DNA of 64,000 nucleotides from Dehalococcoidia bacterium (GTDB lineage: Bacteria > Chloroflexota > Dehalococcoidia > Lucifugimonadales > UBA3495), in assembly GCA_963664175.2 (NCBI GenBank), contig CAXXOI010000005.1, positions 6,542 through 70,541 on the forward strand. The letters run 5' to 3'. A model generated the notes under the pieces. The model worked only from the letters and a program-made list of their open reading frames with translations, did no database searches and was not told the DNA's origin. Shown here in pieces: positions 9,884 through 19,218 of the stretch. The position numbers and the translations under genes were made by a program. The first letter of the stretch is position 1; each line of letters opens with the position of its first letter.

Positions 9884-10160
9884 CAAATTGTCGATTCGCC
9901 CTAGTCTCCCTTCGGTTAATCTTGGGCCTCCAAAACGATCGGACGGATGTGCTTGGATGGCGCCAGGATTTCCGGGCTGGACTTGACGCAGCCATTGCCC
10001 GCTACCATTTAGGCTGGCCCGGAGGAGTGTGAGCTCGCCCTTGCCGGGTGTCCGACGCGTCGGCAGGCATATCCGGAAGCGTGAGGGCCCCGGTGCCGAA
10101 GCGAATAATTGGGTAGAATTGAAGCATCAAGCGTCAAAATTTAAGGAACCGGTGGAGCTG

Positions 10161-11306
10161 ATGAAGAGAAGCACCTCGAGGATACTGACCACCCACACCG
10201 GCAGTCTTCCCCGGTCGTCCGATCTGCAAGAACTGCTTCGGGAACGGGAGGAGGGAAAAGCATTTGATCCCGGTCGCCTTGCTGTGGGTGTTCGGGAAGA
10301 GGTTTCCGATGTTGTTTCCAGGCAGTGGCGTGCCGGAGTAGATGTCGTTAACGACGGCGAACAGGGCCGCTCCCAGTACGCGACCTATGTGAAGGAACGA
10401 TTGTCGGGCTTTGAGGGTGAGCGGGTAATTCGCGCCCGTCCTCGCCTGGATGACGCGGACTTTCCGGAGTTCGCTGCCACGCAGACCCATTATTCGTCGC
10501 GGAATCTGCCGCAACCTGCGTGCACCGGTCCCATCTCCTGGAAGGACTGGCCCGCTGTGCTGCAGGACATTGACAACCTGAAGTCGGCTTCTGCTGGCGT
10601 GCCAGTGGAAGAGGTATTCATGACGGCGGCATCCCCCGGCGTCATAGCCAATTTCCTGCCCAACGAGTACTTCCCCACCGAGGAAGATTATCTGTACGCC
10701 CTTGCCGACGTTATGAAGCAGGAATACAACGCCATCGTCGACGCTGGTCTGCTGTTACAAATCGACTGTCCCGACCTGGCGATGACTCGGATTACCCAGT
10801 TCTCGCATCTCTCGGTCGAGGAATTCAAGAGAATCGTGGAGCAGCATGTTGAGGTGATCAACTACGCTCTGCAGGGCATTGACCCCGAGAGGATGCGGCT
10901 GCACCTGTGCTGGGGCAATACAGAGGGTCCGCACCACCATGACATTCCGCTCAGCGAGATCGTGGAACTGGTGCTCAAGGCTCGTCCGGTTGGACTCTCC
11001 TTCGAGGGAGCCAACCCCAGGCATGCCCACGAGTGGAAAGTCTGGGAGAACGTTGACCTCCCGGAGGGCAAGGTGCTGATTCCGGGAGTACTGGACTCGA
11101 CTACGAATTTCATCGAGCACCCGGAGCTGATCGCCCAGCGAATCGCCAATTACGCCAACATTGTGGGCCGCGAGAATGTCATCGCCGGCAGCGACTGCGG
11201 TTTCGGCACATCGGCCTGGGGCCGCAAGGTCGAGGCCAACATCGCCTGGGCCAAATTGGCCTCCATGGCGGAAGGGGCCCGCCTGGCATCCCAGCAGTTG
11301 TGGTAA
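10161..11306 (+). CDS. cobalamin-independent methionine synthase (MetE C-terminal domain)-like family protein
   Basis: ILTTHTGSLPRS..., ...LHLCWGN...HH, ...GSDCGFG motifs of the Meth_synt_2 / MetE-like zinc alkyl-transferase family. ATG at 10161 follows AAGGA; the track ORF is 5'-extended. Confidence 0.8.
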   Translation: MKRSTSRILTTHTGSLPRSSDLQELLREREEGKAFDPGRLAVGVREEVSDVVSRQWRAGVDVVNDGEQGRSQYATYVKERLSGFEGERVIRARPRLDDADFPEFAATQTHYSSRNLPQPACTGPISWKDWPAVLQDIDNLKSASAGVPVEEVFMTAASPGVIANFLPNEYFPTEEDYLYALADVMKQEYNAIVDAGLLLQIDCPDLAMTRITQFSHLSVEEFKRIVEQHVEVINYALQGIDPERMRLHLCWGNTEGPHHHDIPLSEIVELVLKARPVGLSFEGANPRHAHEWKVWENVDLPEGKVLIPGVLDSTTNFIEHPELIAQRIANYANIVGRENVIAGSDCGFGTSAWGRKVEANIAWAKLASMAEGARLASQQLW

Positions 11307-11331
11307 TGTTGGGGTACCAAAATCAGGAGTA

Positions 11332-12747
11332 ATGGACCGGGTGAGTAATCAAGCACTGTCTGAAATTCTCGCTACTGTGGGATTGGACCCGCGGGCTGCA
11401 GCCAAGGCGGATATAACCGGGAAGGCCGATCCTGTCCTGCCGACACCCTTTCGCATTGGAGAGACCGCCGCTGCCAGCCTGGCCGCGGTCGGGCTAGCCG
11501 TCTCCGACCTCTGGAAGCTTCGCTCCGGCCGGAGTCAGGATGTCGGTATAGACGTCCGGCGAGCGACGGCATCCCTGCGCAGTGGACACTACCTCAAGAT
11601 GGACGGCAACCCCGTTGCCGCCGAGCGCACTCCGGTGATGGGGGTCTATCCGGCCCAAAATGGTCGCTGGAGCTACCTGCACTGCAACTTTCCCAACCAC
11701 CGGGATGCCGCGCTGGGCGTTCTTGGCGTCCCCGAGGATCGGGAGGCCGTGCGCCGGGCTGTAGCGGACTGGGATGCGCTGGAGCTGGAGGAGGCCATTA
11801 TTGCCGCCAGGGGCGCCGGTGGAATGGTCCGCTCCATGGAGGAATGGGCCATGCATCCGCAGTCGGCGGCAGTGGCTTCCTTGCCTCTGCTGGAAATCGA
11901 GAGGATCGGCGACAGCCCTCCTGAGGCGTTTCCCGATGGCGACCGTCCGCTTTCCGGTATCAGGGTGCTGGACCTCACCAGGGTGCTGGCCGGCCCGACC
12001 TGCGCCCGCACCCTCGCGGAGCACGGCGCCGATGTGATGAAGATCAGCGGCCCGCACCTGCCGTTCAGTCCGTCCCAGGAGCTGGATACGGGGCACGGCA
12101 AGCTCTCCGCACACATCGACATGCGGGACGAGCACCAACTGGAGACGTTGCGGGAACTGGTGCGTCATGGCGACGTGTTCTCGCAGGGGTATCGCCCTGG
12201 GACATTGGCGCACCGAGGCCTGTCGCCACAGGACCTGGCGAGGGAGCGCCCGGGCATAGTGTACGTCTCGTTGTCCGCCTTTGGACGAGTTGGTCCATGG
12301 GCCGACCGCCGGGGGTTTGACACGGTCGTACAGACAGTCAGCGGGATAACCCACCGGCAGGGGCAGCTCTTCCCGGGCGCGGAAGAGGGGCCACAGTTCT
12401 ACCCCGTGTCCGCCATCGACTACCTGACGGGCTACCTGATGGCCTTCGGTGCCATGGTGGCGCTGGCCCGCCGAGCCCGCGAGGGCGGCAGCTGGCTGGT
12501 GAGGGCATCTCTGGCGCAGACCGGTCGCTGGCTGGTCGACAGGGGAGAGGTGCCGGAATCCGAACTCCGGGATGTTCCCCGTGAGTTTACTCTCGAGGAA
12601 ATCGAGCAGTGGTGCACCGAGACCGACGTGCCGGGAGGCAGACTTACGCACCTGGCGCCGTCCCTGCAGCTTTCTGAGACCAAACCGCACTGGACCAGGC
12701 CGACTGTGCCGCTGGGCCACCACGAGCCCGTGTGGCCGGAACGGTAG
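11332..12747 (+). CDS. family III CoA-transferase (CaiB/BaiF-like)
   Basis: Hallmark LSGIRVLDLTRVLAGPTCARTLAEHGADVMKI. ATG at 11332 is preceded by AGGAG; the track ORF is 5'-extended into the upstream gene. Confidence 0.85.
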   Translation: MDRVSNQALSEILATVGLDPRAAAKADITGKADPVLPTPFRIGETAAASLAAVGLAVSDLWKLRSGRSQDVGIDVRRATASLRSGHYLKMDGNPVAAERTPVMGVYPAQNGRWSYLHCNFPNHRDAALGVLGVPEDREAVRRAVADWDALELEEAIIAARGAGGMVRSMEEWAMHPQSAAVASLPLLEIERIGDSPPEAFPDGDRPLSGIRVLDLTRVLAGPTCARTLAEHGADVMKISGPHLPFSPSQELDTGHGKLSAHIDMRDEHQLETLRELVRHGDVFSQGYRPGTLAHRGLSPQDLARERPGIVYVSLSAFGRVGPWADRRGFDTVVQTVSGITHRQGQLFPGAEEGPQFYPVSAIDYLTGYLMAFGAMVALARRAREGGSWLVRASLAQTGRWLVDRGEVPESELRDVPREFTLEEIEQWCTETDVPGGRLTHLAPSLQLSETKPHWTRPTVPLGHHEPVWPER

Positions 12748-12788
12748 GAGGTAGCCGGGAGACACCGTGGAGGGCACGGAGATACGTT

Positions 12789-12920
12789 GGAACTGTGATT
12801 GGTGTGATTGATATGATGGGCAGGATTATTCAACCACGGTGAGTCTGTTCATAATCAGGGAAATCCCCTAATCACAAATATCACAGTTCAGACGACCCCC
12901 TGCCCCTTCGGGGGAGGGGA
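12789..12920. repeat. composite intergenic repeat (MITE/REP-like), copy 1
   Basis: Imperfect inverted arms GGAACTGTGATTGGTGTGATT (12789-12809) and AATCACAAATATCACAGTTC (12870-12889). These are followed by the hairpin CCCCCTGCCCC-TTCG-GGGGAGGGGA (12896-12920). A related composite lies at 20231-20369. Confidence 0.6.
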
Positions 12921-12940
12921 GACACCAGGAGGAATTCAAG

Positions 12941-13450
12941 ATGGCAGAACTCAGCCCGGCCAGAGTGCTGGAAGAGTTGAAGAACAACGGAATCACCCAC
13001 GTGGTCTGGCTGCCCGACAGCGAGACCAATTTCCTGTATGTCCTGATGCGCGACGAGCCGTCGTTGGACCTCGTGACTGTGAGCCGTGAAGGCCACGCTT
13101 TCTCGACGGCCGCCGGGCTTGCCGCCGGAGGGGCGAAGCCGGTCATTCTCATCCAGAACACCGGACTGATGGAGTCCGGGGATTCCCTTCGCGGCTGGGG
13201 CCTCGGCATGAACACGCCGGTGGTGATGATGGTGGGCTACCGGGGGTGGACGCGGCATGGCGTGATCACTGATACGGCGGCATTCTACACCGAGCGGTTC
13301 CTGCACGCCTTTAACATAAACTACTACCTCGTCGAATCCGATGAAGACGCCGACCGCATATCCATCGCTTTCAAGGAGGCGGCACGGGAAAAACGTCCGG
13401 TGGCCGTTCTGGTTGGCGACGAATATCACGGATTCAATGTGAGTCGTTAA
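12941..13450 (+). CDS. TPP-dependent decarboxylase, alpha subunit (sulfopyruvate/phosphonopyruvate decarboxylase ComD-like)
   Basis: 169-aa stand-alone N-terminal TPP (pyrimidine-binding) domain: VLEELKNNGITHVVWLPDSETNFLY... Confidence 0.7.
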   Translation: MAELSPARVLEELKNNGITHVVWLPDSETNFLYVLMRDEPSLDLVTVSREGHAFSTAAGLAAGGAKPVILIQNTGLMESGDSLRGWGLGMNTPVVMMVGYRGWTRHGVITDTAAFYTERFLHAFNINYYLVESDEDADRISIAFKEAAREKRPVAVLVGDEYHGFNVSR

Positions 13451-13506
13451 GTCCGGTACACACGAAAGCCCTTTTCGGACACGAAAAGGGAGGGGAAAAG
13501 AAGACT

Positions 13507-14094
13507 ATGATGAAGACAGCGGAAATGCTGCAGGTGTTTAGCGAACACCGGGGCGATGCCATCGTGATTCCCGGCCGAGGAGGTCGGTTCTGGGTGGAGA
13601 TGAGTGATCAGCCCGACCGCGACCTCCCGCTGGGAGACCCGGCCATGGGCGGACACGCGTCCTTCGCGCTCGGACTGGCGCTGGCTCAGCCGGAGCAGAG
13701 GGTGGTGCTGTTCGACTCCGAGGGCGACGTGTTGATGGGCATGGGAGCCCTGCCCACCATCGCGGAGAAAGCGCCTCAAAACCTCTACCACTTCATGCTG
13801 GACAACGGCGTCTACGCCACGACCGGCGGCCAGCCCGTTCCCAACGCCGATGTGATGGCCTACGACGTGGTCGCCCAGGGTTGCGGGTACCGCAAGACCT
13901 ACTCCATCGATAATCTGGAGGACTTCGCCAGCCAGATCGAGGAAATACTGGGACAGCCCGGCCCGGTGTTCGTGGCCCTCAAGATAGATCCCGAAATCAT
14001 AAATGTGCCCATCAACGCCCGTCCGCAGTGGCAGCGCAAGTCCCGCAACCAGGCGGTCGCGGACATGAAAGCAGAACTGGGAATCGAAGGCTGA
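13507..14094 (+). CDS. TPP-dependent decarboxylase, beta subunit (ComE-like)
   Basis: 195-aa stand-alone C-terminal TPP-binding domain (...FDSEGDVLMGMGALPT...LDNGVYATTGGQ). Adjacent to the alpha subunit. Confidence 0.7.
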   Translation: MMKTAEMLQVFSEHRGDAIVIPGRGGRFWVEMSDQPDRDLPLGDPAMGGHASFALGLALAQPEQRVVLFDSEGDVLMGMGALPTIAEKAPQNLYHFMLDNGVYATTGGQPVPNADVMAYDVVAQGCGYRKTYSIDNLEDFASQIEEILGQPGPVFVALKIDPEIINVPINARPQWQRKSRNQAVADMKAELGIEG

Positions 14095-14138
14095 CAGGCC
14101 CGAAGGCGGGTCAGCAAATAGGGGGACTCACAGGGGTG

Positions 14139-16601
14139 ATGGATACCATACTGCGAAACGCCAGGGTGAACGATGATCCGTCTGCCCCGCTGGTCGATAT
14201 AGGGATCGAGGGCGGGATAATCGCCGCCATCCAGCCCCATCTCGAGGCTGAAGGCGAGGTCATCGACGCAGGCGGCAGACTGGTCTCGTCCGGCTTCGTT
14301 GAGACCCACATTCACCTGGACAAGTCCTGCCTGCTGGACCGTCTTTCGTCGCAGCGGGGAGGCCTGAACGAGGCCATCGGCGAGGTGGCCCGGCTCAAGG
14401 CGGAGTGGACTCCGGATGATGTCTACCAACGCGCCAGACGAACGCTCGAGAAGTGCGTGGCCAACGGCACGACCCGGATGCGAACTCACCTCGAGGTGGA
14501 CCCGGTCATCGGGCTGCGAAGCCTGGAGGGCATCCTCCCCTTGGTCGATGAGTTCCGATGGGCCATGGACATCGAGATCTGCATCTTCCCGCAGGAGGGG
14601 CTGCTCAACAACCCCGGCACCGACGAGCTGATGGTGCAGGCCCTAGGACAGGGCGGCAGTGTAGTAGGAGGCGCTCCCTACACCGACAGCGACCCCCACG
14701 GGCAGATTGACCGAGTTTTCGAAATCGCCCGGGAATTTGATATCGATATTGACATGCACCTGGACTCTGGTCCTGATGCCGACTCCCTTGACCTCGACTA
14801 CGTTTGCGACCTGACCGAGCGCTTCGGGTACGGCGGGCGGGTTGCCATCGGTCACGTGACCAAACTCTCCGCCCTTTCCCCTGATCTCCTGCAGCAGAAA
14901 TCCCGCCGGCTGGCGGAGGCGGGGGTGGCGGTTACTGTGCTTCCCTCCACCGACCTGTACCTGATGGGGAGGCACCAGGAGCATTCGATGATGCGCGGCG
15001 TGGCCCCGGTACACCGGCTCCTTGCCGATGGCGTGAACTGTTCCCTGTCAACCAACAACGTTCTCAACCCCTTCACCCCATTCGGTGACTGCTCCCTGGT
15101 CCGGATGGCGAACCTCTACGCCAACATCTGCCAGGTTGGAGACCCGCAGGGCCTTGAGGAGTGCTTCGAGATGGTGACCGCGCGCCCGGCCCGTTTGATG
15201 CGGCTGCCGGACTATGGCATTGAGGTCGGGAATCCCGCTGACCTGGTGGTACTGGATTGCGAGAGTCGCGCCGCTGCGGTCACCGAGGTGGTGTATCCAG
15301 TGATGGGTTTCAAGAGAGGAAGACGGACGTTCACCCGCTCCCCTGCAATCCTGAACACACCTGACGGCTCGACAGGCTCACCACGAGTAATGCTGATGAC
15401 TAGCTCAGATTTCGCAGGCCCACCGTCCGATCCCCTAGGTGCCTTCTGCCGGGAAAACCAGGCGGCACTGAAGGGCTCGGGTAGCGGCTCCCTGGCAGGC
15501 CTCACTTTTGCCGCCAAGGACGTGTTCGACATTGCCGGGAGCCGGACGGGGTTCGGCAGCCCTACGTGGCTGAATACGCACCCTCCGGCCGGGGCCACCG
15601 CTCCCGCGGTGCAGAGACTGGTTGACGCCGGCGCGGACATGGTGGGCAAGGTGCTGACCGACGAGCTCACCTACAGCCTCAACGGTCAAAACGCTCACTA
15701 CGGGACCCCCGTGAACCCGGCGGCGCCTGGCCGAATACCCGGCGGTTCCTCCAGCGGCTCGGCGTCCGCCGTCGCGGGAGGGCTGGTCGACTTCGCCATC
15801 GGCACCGATTGCGGCGGGTCGGTTAGGCTCCCCGCCAGCTACTGCGGCATCCTCGGCATCCGGCCCAGCCACGGAAGGGTCTCGCTGGAGGGCGTCGCGC
15901 CCTTCACCTGGAGTTTCGATGTCGCGGGCTGGTTTGCCAGGGATCCCGACGTATTTGCATCCGTGGGCAATGTGCTCCTGGACGACCGGGAGTCCCTCCC
16001 GCCACCACGCCGCCTGCTCTTCCCGACCGATGCATTCGGAGTGGTCGACGCCGAGGTCGCAGATGCCCTTGCGCCGGCGGTCGAGTTGGCATCCGGCATC
16101 ATTGGCAGCAGGGCTGACATTGTCGTCAGTCAGGACAGGCTGATGGACTGGTTCCACACCTTCCGGACCATCCAGGCCTGGGAGATCTGGTCGAACCATC
16201 GCGAGTGGATCGAGGAAGCGAAGCCCGAATTCGGCCCCGGCATCAGCGACCGGGTGGAATGGGCGTCCCGCGTCACTGACGAGCAGGTCGAAGCCGCTCG
16301 CAGCCGGAGGGACGCCATCGTCCAGCGCGTCAGAGGGTTGTTCGAGGAAGGAGACGTGCTCTGCCTGCCCACCTCACCCAGAGTCGCGCCGCTGGTCGAC
16401 ACTCCGCAAGGGGAGCTGGAGGACCGCATTCGTGCCCAGGCCATGATGCTGCTGTGTATCGCGGGACTGGCCGGGCTGCCCCAGGTGAGCCTGCCGCTGG
16501 CTACGCTGGATGGTTTGCCGCTGGGCTTCTCGCTGGTAGGGCCCTGGGGAGCAGACACCCAGCTGTTGGAGCTGTCACGGCGTATCATGGCCCGCGCCTG
16601 A
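14139..16601 (+). CDS. fusion protein: cytosine-deaminase-like amidohydrolase (N) + amidase-signature enzyme (C)
   Basis: N-terminal half has VETHIHLDK, DIDMHLD and STNNVLNPFTPFGD (CodA/AtzC-like metal amidohydrolase). C-terminal half has FAAKDVFDIAGSRTGFGS and GGSSSGSASAVAGG...GTDCGGSVRLPA (amidase signature). There is no stop between the halves. ATG at 14139 is preferred. Confidence 0.8.
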   Translation: MDTILRNARVNDDPSAPLVDIGIEGGIIAAIQPHLEAEGEVIDAGGRLVSSGFVETHIHLDKSCLLDRLSSQRGGLNEAIGEVARLKAEWTPDDVYQRARRTLEKCVANGTTRMRTHLEVDPVIGLRSLEGILPLVDEFRWAMDIEICIFPQEGLLNNPGTDELMVQALGQGGSVVGGAPYTDSDPHGQIDRVFEIAREFDIDIDMHLDSGPDADSLDLDYVCDLTERFGYGGRVAIGHVTKLSALSPDLLQQKSRRLAEAGVAVTVLPSTDLYLMGRHQEHSMMRGVAPVHRLLADGVNCSLSTNNVLNPFTPFGDCSLVRMANLYANICQVGDPQGLEECFEMVTARPARLMRLPDYGIEVGNPADLVVLDCESRAAAVTEVVYPVMGFKRGRRTFTRSPAILNTPDGSTGSPRVMLMTSSDFAGPPSDPLGAFCRENQAALKGSGSGSLAGLTFAAKDVFDIAGSRTGFGSPTWLNTHPPAGATAPAVQRLVDAGADMVGKVLTDELTYSLNGQNAHYGTPVNPAAPGRIPGGSSSGSASAVAGGLVDFAIGTDCGGSVRLPASYCGILGIRPSHGRVSLEGVAPFTWSFDVAGWFARDPDVFASVGNVLLDDRESLPPPRRLLFPTDAFGVVDAEVADALAPAVELASGIIGSRADIVVSQDRLMDWFHTFRTIQAWEIWSNHREWIEEAKPEFGPGISDRVEWASRVTDEQVEAARSRRDAIVQRVRGLFEEGDVLCLPTSPRVAPLVDTPQGELEDRIRAQAMMLLCIAGLAGLPQVSLPLATLDGLPLGFSLVGPWGADTQLLELSRRIMARA

Positions 16602-16794
16602 GAGGGTGAATTGGCCGCCGGATTTTTCGAGATGACGGCGAGCGTTCCAGGACAAAGGCTTCCGAGCATTTGAAGCCCTGCTAACCAATCGTCATTTCCG
16701 CCAAAGCGGGGATGACGACAGGCTCACTATTTGAACCTCCAGGCGCGGCTGCCCTGCCGCAACTGCCCGTCTTGATGTATCAGACGCTCACCGG

Positions 16795-17847
16795 CTAGCC
16801 ACGCAGCAGGGGCATCACCCGTTCGCTCATCAAACGCATTGACCTCGCGGTTTTTTCCGTTGACACGAGGCCGCGGTTGGTGAGCATCAGGTTCCGCACG
16901 CCAGCGTCGCCGAGTTGCCGCAGTTGCTCCGCCACCCGTTCCGGGCTGCCGACGAGCAGCTCGTTGGTGCTTGGGTTTGGGCTGTCCCCATACATTTCGC
17001 GGGGAATGGGAGCGGTCTGGCGGTCCATGGTGTACTGCGGAGGATTGTACCTGTTGCGGAAGCCCTCCATGGTCACGTAGGCCTCGTGGAAAACGGGCAG
17101 GTACTCGTCGAATGCCTGCTCATCGGTCTCCGCGAGGTGGATTTCCCGCCAGACCCAGATCTGGTCCAGATTGGATTCTATGGTGGCGTCGTCGTAGCCG
17201 GACTCCTCCATTGTCTCGCGGAAGAGGCTTATGCCGTCGCCCACGTGGTTCGTGGAGCGTCCCCGGAGCAGCACCGGCCTGCCGATGCGCGCCATCTCGG
17301 CAATGGATTCGGCGTTGAGGCATGCCCGTGCCAGGCGAGGGTGTGGCTTCTGGTAGGGCCTGGGCCGCATCGAGGGAACGGAGACCTCGTAGTGCTCGCC
17401 CTTGAACTCCAGGTTATCGGTGGTCCAGGCCTTGATCAAGAGTTCCTCGGCCTCGTCCAGCTGCCTGACCCCCGTTTCCGGGTCGGACCCGAATCCGATG
17501 TACTCGTAGGCGTTGTAGTTGGAGCCCTTGGCCGTTCCCACTATCAGGCGGCCCTGGCACAGATTGTCCAGCAGGGCCGTCTGGATGGCCACCCGCACCG
17601 GGTTGTGCAGCGGCAGCTCGAGGATACCGAACCCGATTTCGACCCGCTTGGTCTGCACCGCTATGGCGCTGGCGAAAACCAGCGGGTCGCCGTAAACGCA
17701 CTCCCCTGTGAAGTAATGCTCGGCCAGCCAGACGGCGTCGTAGCCCAGTTCCTCGGCCAGCAACGCTTCGTCCAGGCACTCCTGTATGGCCCGGTGGTCG
17801 TCGGAGTCGTCAAATCTCATGGGGTAAAAGAAGTGGCCGAAGCGCAT
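16795..17847 (-). CDS. LLM-class (luciferase-like) flavin-dependent oxidoreductase
   Basis: MRFGHFFYPM...LGYDAVWLAEHYF is the typical bacterial luciferase-like N-terminus. Confidence 0.85.
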   Translation of the reverse strand: MRFGHFFYPMRFDDSDDHRAIQECLDEALLAEELGYDAVWLAEHYFTGECVYGDPLVFASAIAVQTKRVEIGFGILELPLHNPVRVAIQTALLDNLCQGRLIVGTAKGSNYNAYEYIGFGSDPETGVRQLDEAEELLIKAWTTDNLEFKGEHYEVSVPSMRPRPYQKPHPRLARACLNAESIAEMARIGRPVLLRGRSTNHVGDGISLFRETMEESGYDDATIESNLDQIWVWREIHLAETDEQAFDEYLPVFHEAYVTMEGFRNRYNPPQYTMDRQTAPIPREMYGDSPNPSTNELLVGSPERVAEQLRQLGDAGVRNLMLTNRGLVSTEKTARSMRLMSERVMPLLRG

Positions 17848-18013
17848 TGTTCCTCCTGGTCGAACTGGTTTGCGATTGGGGCCGTCGCCCGCCGCGTGTT
17901 GGGCGTGGGACAGTGCAAGATATTATAGTCGCGGCAGCGCCGAGGGGGACACCGGCCCCGTTGGCCGACGGTCCATGCACCAGTCGGGCACCGGTACGTC
18001 AGGGCCTGACGAG

Positions 18014-19201
18014 CTACTCCATGGCCCGAGCGTCGGGCAACCCGAGCAGGAACTGGCCGTGGTTCTCGTAGGCGGCATCGCTGACCATCTGGTGCTGGGC
18101 CCCTGCGTTGAGGTCGCGGAGGCACCGCTGCAGGATGCTGGAATCGAACAGCGCAGTGCCTCCGGCGAAGCGGAATGCCTGGGTTACGATGTCCAGGGCA
18201 ACGTCCGTCGAGTAGGTGGCGCAACTGCGCATCTCGGCCTGCAGCGCCGGAGGGGGAGTATGCCCATCGCAGGCAACCTGCCAGGCACGCTCGAGGATCT
18301 CCACGTTCAATGCCCGGGTGGCGCGCAGTTTGAGATCGCTTTCGCTGAGCATGCGCTGGAATACGGCGCGCTGAGCGAGGGGATTTACCGAAACGTATCC
18401 GCGGGTCTTGGATTGCCCCACCTCGATGATGGCGTCCAGCGCCCGCCGGGCCACACCCAGGGCGAAAGCCGCGTGCTCGTTGGTGACGAAGGCGGGCCGG
18501 CCCAGCCGGTAGAGAGGGCCGCCGCGCAGCGGTTCGGTCAGGGATACGTCGTAGGCGAAACTGGTGGGGACGAAGAGGTCCTCGACCGAAAAGTCGCAGC
18601 TGCCGGTCCCGCGAAGACCCATGACGTGCCAGTTGTCGTGGATTTTGACGTCGGACGTCTGGACGGTGACTCTGATCTGGGCCGGGTAACCAGGTTCGTC
18701 AGTGCGCACTCGCGCCCCGGCAGAGATCCACTGAGAGTGTCGAATTCCGCTGGCGAATGACCATCGTCCGGTGACAAGGTATCCACCGTCAGTGGGAACC
18801 GCAGTGCCATAAGGCGCGAACACGCCCGCTGTTCGAGGAGGCTTCCCTCCCGCAAATATTTCCTCGATTGCCTCGTCCTCCAGGAAGGCACCGACTCCGC
18901 CCAGGCTGGCCGCGCCGATCATCACGCACCAACCGGCGGAGGGCTCGATTTCGCAGACCGCCTCCAGCACGTCCAGTTGGGTGACGAGGTCGGCTTCCGC
19001 GCCTCCTAGGACGTGGGGCAGCTTGAGGCGGAACAGGCCAGAATCATACAGGGCGTCCGCAGAGGCCTTTGGCAGCGTTCCAGTCGCCTCGCCCTCCGGC
19101 GCCGCAGCCTGCAGGACGGGGCGCACGTCTTCCACCGCCTGCATGAGTATGCGGTGCTTCTCTTTGCGGTCTGTGGGAAACATTGCCAGTGTAGTCACCA
19201 T
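18014..19201 (-). CDS. acyl-CoA dehydrogenase-fold flavoprotein (SfnB/DszC-like monooxygenase family)
   Basis: 395 aa with ACAD-like domain order. Lies between two LLM oxidoreductases. Recognition by overall pattern only. Confidence 0.65.
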   Translation of the reverse strand: MVTTLAMFPTDRKEKHRILMQAVEDVRPVLQAAAPEGEATGTLPKASADALYDSGLFRLKLPHVLGGAEADLVTQLDVLEAVCEIEPSAGWCVMIGAASLGGVGAFLEDEAIEEIFAGGKPPRTAGVFAPYGTAVPTDGGYLVTGRWSFASGIRHSQWISAGARVRTDEPGYPAQIRVTVQTSDVKIHDNWHVMGLRGTGSCDFSVEDLFVPTSFAYDVSLTEPLRGGPLYRLGRPAFVTNEHAAFALGVARRALDAIIEVGQSKTRGYVSVNPLAQRAVFQRMLSESDLKLRATRALNVEILERAWQVACDGHTPPPALQAEMRSCATYSTDVALDIVTQAFRFAGGTALFDSSILQRCLRDLNAGAQHQMVSDAAYENHGQFLLGLPDARAME

Positions 19202-19218
19202 GACGTATCCAAGGCCCG

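Larger units (their letters stand above)
9025..9904 (+). mobile_element. IS5-family insertion sequence (IS427/IS1031-like), copy 1, 880 bp including CTAG at both ends
   Basis: Terminal inverted repeats: CTAGGGCGAATCGACAATT (9025-9043) and AATTGTCGATTCGCCCTAG (9886-9904). Two overlapping transposase ORFs. A second copy lies at 61938-62817. Confidence 0.9.

Noticed and set aside
9905-10160. A riboswitch (B12 or SAM) might lie upstream of the MetE-like gene.
   Set aside because: No B12 box or SAM-I core was recognisable by eye. The gene is a MetE-like family member rather than bona fide metE, so a riboswitch is not required.
16690-16717. The hairpin CGTCATTTCCGC-CAAA-GCGGGGATGACG between convergent genes might be a terminator.
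   Set aside because: There is no U-tract on either strand and only a single copy in the window. It resembles widespread REP-type sequences, so it was noted but not called a terminator.
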